From positions 1-50,890 of the IMG/VR virus record IMGVR_UViG_3300009509_000071: 50,890 nt of DNA, one strand, 5' to 3'. Below the pieces are notes generated by a model. It saw only the letters and a list, made by a program, of their open reading frames with translations, was not told where the DNA came from and ran no database searches. Source of the DNA: a virus (lineage: Duplodnaviria > Caudoviricetes). Shown in pieces: positions 47,426 to 50,890 of the stretch. The position numbers and the translations under genes were made by a program. Numbering within the stretch: position 1 is the first letter of the stretch; every line of letters starts with the position of its first letter.

Positions 47426-47925
47426 TAATAGTTGATAATAACACAAGCATTGTAGTTGCAAGTAGCGACAACATAGAAATACTTGACACACATTCTATTG
47501 TGGATGGTAAAAAAGTCAATGAGTTTCAACAAAATACACACACATTGCTAGACATGAGTATTCCGTATGGAAAGCCTACATATTGGAAGTATGCTGATGG
47601 TGAACTTGTGCTAACTGCTTCTGGTACTGCATACTTGGAAGCACTTGCAATGGTTGAAATGCAAAAAAAAGCACAAGAGCTTACAGATGCAGTACAAAAG
47701 CATCTTGACGATAGAGCAAAATATTACAGATATGACGATATGAAGTCTGCAAGAAGCTATGCAGGGTTTGTAAATGCGTTTCAAGCAGAAGCAACAAAGC
47801 TAGGGCAATGGGCTTCTGAATGTTGGGTATATGCTGGTCAAGTTGAGCAAGATGTTGTTAATGGAGTAAGGGCAATGCCTACCCCAGAAGAACTGGTTGC
47901 AGAATTGCCACCACTTGTAATGTGA
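47422..47925 (+). CDS. Tail fibre assembly-like protein
   Basis: 'VQKHLDDRAK...YD...SARSYAG..NAFQAEA....W...CW ... ELP'. Confidence 0.75.
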   Translation: MIIVDNNTSIVVASSDNIEILDTHSIVDGKKVNEFQQNTHTLLDMSIPYGKPTYWKYADGELVLTASGTAYLEALAMVEMQKKAQELTDAVQKHLDDRAKYYRYDDMKSARSYAGFVNAFQAEATKLGQWASECWVYAGQVEQDVVNGVRAMPTPEELVAELPPLVM

Positions 47926-47935
47926 TGGAGTGCAG

Positions 47936-48442
47936 ATGAGAAAAGTATATGAGAATGGAAAACTAAGAAAAGTTGAGCTTGAAGTAAATGATGATGGCTT
48001 CATTTCTGCAAAGAGTAAGATGGAAGCGTTTATCGGCAAAAGAATTTCAACACAGACAATCAGTTTTGATGAAGTGAAGAGAGAGTTCACATCATACTCA
48101 AAGACAGCAGATGAAGTAAAAAGATTAGGTTTTGAGATAGGTGATTGTAGTGACTGTATTCTGATTGGAATTAAGTACAGCATTGTTACTGGAATGACAC
48201 GATTTAAGAAGTATTACTTGGGGAACTATCTCAATGTTGAAACGGATGATATTGTATTCCATACTGGCATCTGCTCAATGACTGGGGAATATACACTTTA
48301 TATCTTTGAAAATCAAGAAGCAGATGATGTTAAATATGGTTTTCACAGACAGTCATTTCAAGACTACTATGGACTTACATACTCAAAAGATGGGAAATTT
48401 ATAAGGAAGAGTGAATATAAGCATGAAACTAGCATTTTATGA
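47936..48442 (+). CDS. Hypothetical protein
   Basis: Operon-packed ORF. Confidence 0.6.
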   Translation: MRKVYENGKLRKVELEVNDDGFISAKSKMEAFIGKRISTQTISFDEVKREFTSYSKTADEVKRLGFEIGDCSDCILIGIKYSIVTGMTRFKKYYLGNYLNVETDDIVFHTGICSMTGEYTLYIFENQEADDVKYGFHRQSFQDYYGLTYSKDGKFIRKSEYKHETSIL

Positions 48443-48866
48443 AGCGTTCCAGCCGGATGCAACTGCACTTGACAAATTGATCGCTGTAGCAAGTGGTGGA
48501 TCGAAGAGTCATGTAGAGGGAATTTTTAGCGATGGCGTATGGTTTTCCATCTCTCCAAGAGATAAGGATGGGGCAAGGTTTAAAATCATTGATCCAAAAG
48601 ATAGCAACTGGACTTTTGTTGATATTCCTATTGACATAGAGGCAGAGCAAAGGCTTAGAAATAGATGCTTAGAGAAGATAGGAACTAAGTACGCCTATGT
48701 TGGAGCTGTATTGTCTGTGACTCCGGTGTGCTTTGTTTGTGATGGCAGGGATTTCTGCTCAAGGCTTTGGGCAAATCTTTTGTTTAGTGAGGGGCTTCCG
48801 CTTGATAGTGGATGCAAATACAGCCCAGAAGAGTTGTATCAAGCGGTAATAAAATTAAAAAGGTAG
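48423..48866 (+). CDS. Permuted papain-like (NlpC/P60-related) protein
   Basis: SHVE...G.KY...FCS...SP.EL motif order. Confidence 0.75.
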   Translation: MKLAFYEAFQPDATALDKLIAVASGGSKSHVEGIFSDGVWFSISPRDKDGARFKIIDPKDSNWTFVDIPIDIEAEQRLRNRCLEKIGTKYAYVGAVLSVTPVCFVCDGRDFCSRLWANLLFSEGLPLDSGCKYSPEELYQAVIKLKR

Positions 48867-48877
48867 GGAAGATAAAA

Positions 48878-49336
48878 ATGGTTACTGAGGGAATGGTTGG
48901 AGTAAAGCTTGTATTGAATGGGGCAATGATAGGCTTTGCTGGGTTATTGACATATTTGGGATTAGACAAGGAGGTATTTGCAGCATTAGGATGGCTGCTT
49001 TTTATAGATTACTTTACTGGAGTCTGGAAAGCCAAAACTTTAGGACACTGCATAACATCAAATAAGATGAAATATGGAGTAGTATCAAAGTTTTCATTAA
49101 TGCTAATACCTTTTGTATTTGCAATAGCAGCAAAGGCCATCGATGCAGATGCTGGGAATGTATTGTTTGTAGGTATGAATATCCTAGTCTTATCTGAGGT
49201 GTACAGTATTATTGGCAACATCTATTCAATCAGAACAAAGCTTGAGCTTCCAGAGTGGGATGCAGTAGCAGCACTTGGCCATAAGATTAGAAAAACACTT
49301 ATCAAGCTCGGAGGAGAAGATATAGATGCTAAATAA
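48878..49336 (+). CDS. Holin (phage holin 4 family)
   Basis: IDYFTGVWKA, ITS.KM..G...K and E.YSIIGN motifs. Confidence 0.88.
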   Translation: MVTEGMVGVKLVLNGAMIGFAGLLTYLGLDKEVFAALGWLLFIDYFTGVWKAKTLGHCITSNKMKYGVVSKFSLMLIPFVFAIAAKAIDADAGNVLFVGMNILVLSEVYSIIGNIYSIRTKLELPEWDAVAALGHKIRKTLIKLGGEDIDAK

Positions 49337-49595
49337 AATTCTTATTTATGTGATCATATTCTTGTCTGGAACTACAGCATTTTTCTTTGGCGTATCAAAG
49401 TATAGAGAGTACAAGCTTGATGCCTCAGAGGTAGAGGTTAAGAGGCTTGAGACTAAAGCTAAAACCATAGAGATCGAGCATGATGTAAAGGGTATAGAGA
49501 ATAACCAAAGCATCACTTTTAAGATAAAAAAGGAGGTAAAGATCGATGAGATACCGAGCAGCATTGGCACTCATACCATTAATTTTCGTGATTAA
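49326..49595 (+). CDS. Inner-membrane spanin (Rz-like)
   Basis: N-terminal transmembrane segment plus coiled coil, after the holin. Confidence 0.65.
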   Translation: MLNKILIYVIIFLSGTTAFFFGVSKYREYKLDASEVEVKRLETKAKTIEIEHDVKGIENNQSITFKIKKEVKIDEIPSSIGTHTINFRD

Positions 49596-49719
49596 TGGAT
49601 GTTGTGAGCCAGAGGTGAGATACATAGAGACTCCATGCGCAAATATGCAAACTTGGGAAGTTGCGCCACTGGATGAAAACATTACTTATGAGGTGTACGA
49701 TGAAAATGGTAAAAGTTAA
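49546..49719 (+). CDS. Outer-membrane lipoprotein spanin (Rz1-like)
   Basis: AGGAGG SD; MRYRAALALIPLIFVINGC lipobox; overlaps the Rz-like gene. Confidence 0.7.
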   Translation: MRYRAALALIPLIFVINGCCEPEVRYIETPCANMQTWEVAPLDENITYEVYDENGKS

Positions 49720-49837
49720 GTTTGATGTATGGGTTAAGTTGATCAAAAAGCTCAAAGAGTGCATGAGAGCAAACAGGGCATTAAATGATCAGAATAAAGC
49801 AGTCAATGAATACAACAAAAGAAAGGGCAGCAAATGA
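49700..49837 (+). CDS. Small basic helical protein (45 aa)
   Basis: GAGGTG SD; MKMVKVKFDVWVKLIKKLKEC... Confidence 0.5.
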   Translation: MKMVKVKFDVWVKLIKKLKECMRANRALNDQNKAVNEYNKRKGSK

Positions 49838-50157
49838 ATAAGTTTTCAAAAACAAACTTTCCGATTAAGGCAAGAGTGAATAGTGATCTAAATATGCAGA
49901 TCGATGTAGGCTTTTCAATTACTGGCCATACTCCAAAGTTCACAGTGAAAAAAGATGATGGATCAACAGTTGATTTGTCATCGTATTGCTCAGTAACTAC
50001 AGACACAGTAATTACAGTTTCTGTAAATGCAGACATAATTAAAACTCAGCTTGGAGCTATCAAAGCAGACTATGATGTGATCATCGATAAGGGGGCTGGG
50101 AGCAAAGAGTTTCTATTTTCTGGGATCATTAATGTGGAAGATGGTATATCGGCATGA
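49834..50157 (+). CDS. BppU-like/tail accessory protein
   Basis: 'YDVII.......LFSG.I.V..GIS' C-terminal pattern. Confidence 0.55.
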   Translation: MNKFSKTNFPIKARVNSDLNMQIDVGFSITGHTPKFTVKKDDGSTVDLSSYCSVTTDTVITVSVNADIIKTQLGAIKADYDVIIDKGAGSKEFLFSGIINVEDGISA

Positions 50158-50684
50158 TCACTGTTTCATATCCAAATGAGAATGTATCGATCAGCGTTAC
50201 TCTTAGTGGAGAGACATTTGTTATATCTCAAGAAGAGAGCCAGATCACAATTATCAACGATGATACGCTGGCTGCACAACATTCTATTGCAGCCAAGCAA
50301 CAAGCAGACATAGCAACACAAAAAGCACTTGAAATACAGAACGATACAACAATAGCCAGAAAAAACCAATCAAATGTATTCACTAAAATGCAGATAGTGA
50401 GTCCTACTGAAAAAGCATCATTGGATATTGATTTAACCAATGATACAAACTTGATAGTATGTACTCCAATAGCAGATGGAACGCTTAACTTCTTGAATAT
50501 TCAAGACAATACAAGTGGAAGAATTATACTAATCAATCCAAATGCACACATCATATCTCTTGGTGCTATGGTTAAAGCTGTATCTGGAACTGCATCATCA
50601 CTAAGTTCCTCTGGAACATACTTGCTTTCATTTGATTGTTATGGCGGAAATGTTTATATATCAAAAAGTGGGTTAATGGAATGA
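50154..50684 (+). CDS. Short tail fibre-like protein
   Basis: 'NVFTK.Q ... TL.F.N....SG.I.LIN ... S.SGTYLLSF' pattern. Confidence 0.6.
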   Translation: MITVSYPNENVSISVTLSGETFVISQEESQITIINDDTLAAQHSIAAKQQADIATQKALEIQNDTTIARKNQSNVFTKMQIVSPTEKASLDIDLTNDTNLIVCTPIADGTLNFLNIQDNTSGRIILINPNAHIISLGAMVKAVSGTASSLSSSGTYLLSFDCYGGNVYISKSGLME

Positions 50685-50890
50685 TATTTGGAAATCATGT
50701 TTTTGATGATGATAAAATAAAGCCAATAGTGCAAGATGGTCTTGTTTTGCATCTTGACTCTGGAAACCCACTATCTTATTCTGGTACTGGATTAACTTGG
50801 TATGATTTAAGCCCTTATGGGCATGATTTTACACTTGATGCAGTTGGAATATACTTCAATGCAAATACTGGTGTGTTTGATTTATTTGAT
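50681..50890 (+). CDS. 5' part of the LamG-domain protein, continuing into 2..1213
   Basis: MIFGNHVF...IVQDGLVLHLDSGNPLSYSGTG. Confidence 0.8.
   Translation, partial: MIFGNHVFDDDKIKPIVQDGLVLHLDSGNPLSYSGTGLTWYDLSPYGHDFTLDAVGIYFNANTGVFDLFD
50752..50890. repeat. Terminal direct repeat, copy 2
   Basis: Identical to 1-139. Confidence 0.97.

Overview
The window is a complete, circularly assembled temperate siphovirus-like genome of about 50,751 bp; bases 1-139 repeat exactly at 50752-50890. The host is probably a member of the Campylobacterota, judged from the SSB and beta-clamp motifs and a tRNA-Ser-like att core. The layout is lambdoid: attP, integrase and AlpA-type excisionase; a leftward recombination operon (RecE-like, RecT, NinB-like, dUTPase, sigma-70 region-4 protein); CI/Cro switch; replication genes (O-like initiator, DnaC-like loader, SSB); nin-like genes ending in a T5 A1-like metallophosphoesterase; a long leftward AT-rich array of small, often acidic ORFs that includes a beta-clamp homologue; a lambda-spaced cos candidate; gpA terminase, head, tail, lysis and LamG receptor-binding genes. 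The most striking feature is the cos-proximal leftward array (22.5-27.2 kb). It carries eight copies of a ~75-nt intergenic element with co-varying, mutually exclusive hairpins placed before ribosome-binding sites. The array is strongly GATC-enriched and lies in a 26-kb half of the genome that appears to lack CCGG. Other notable points are a CI whose autocleavage residues look inactivated, a shared operator in several distant promoters, and apparent frameshifts in the capsid and a tail gene. All family assignments come from motif recognition by eye; no searches were run.
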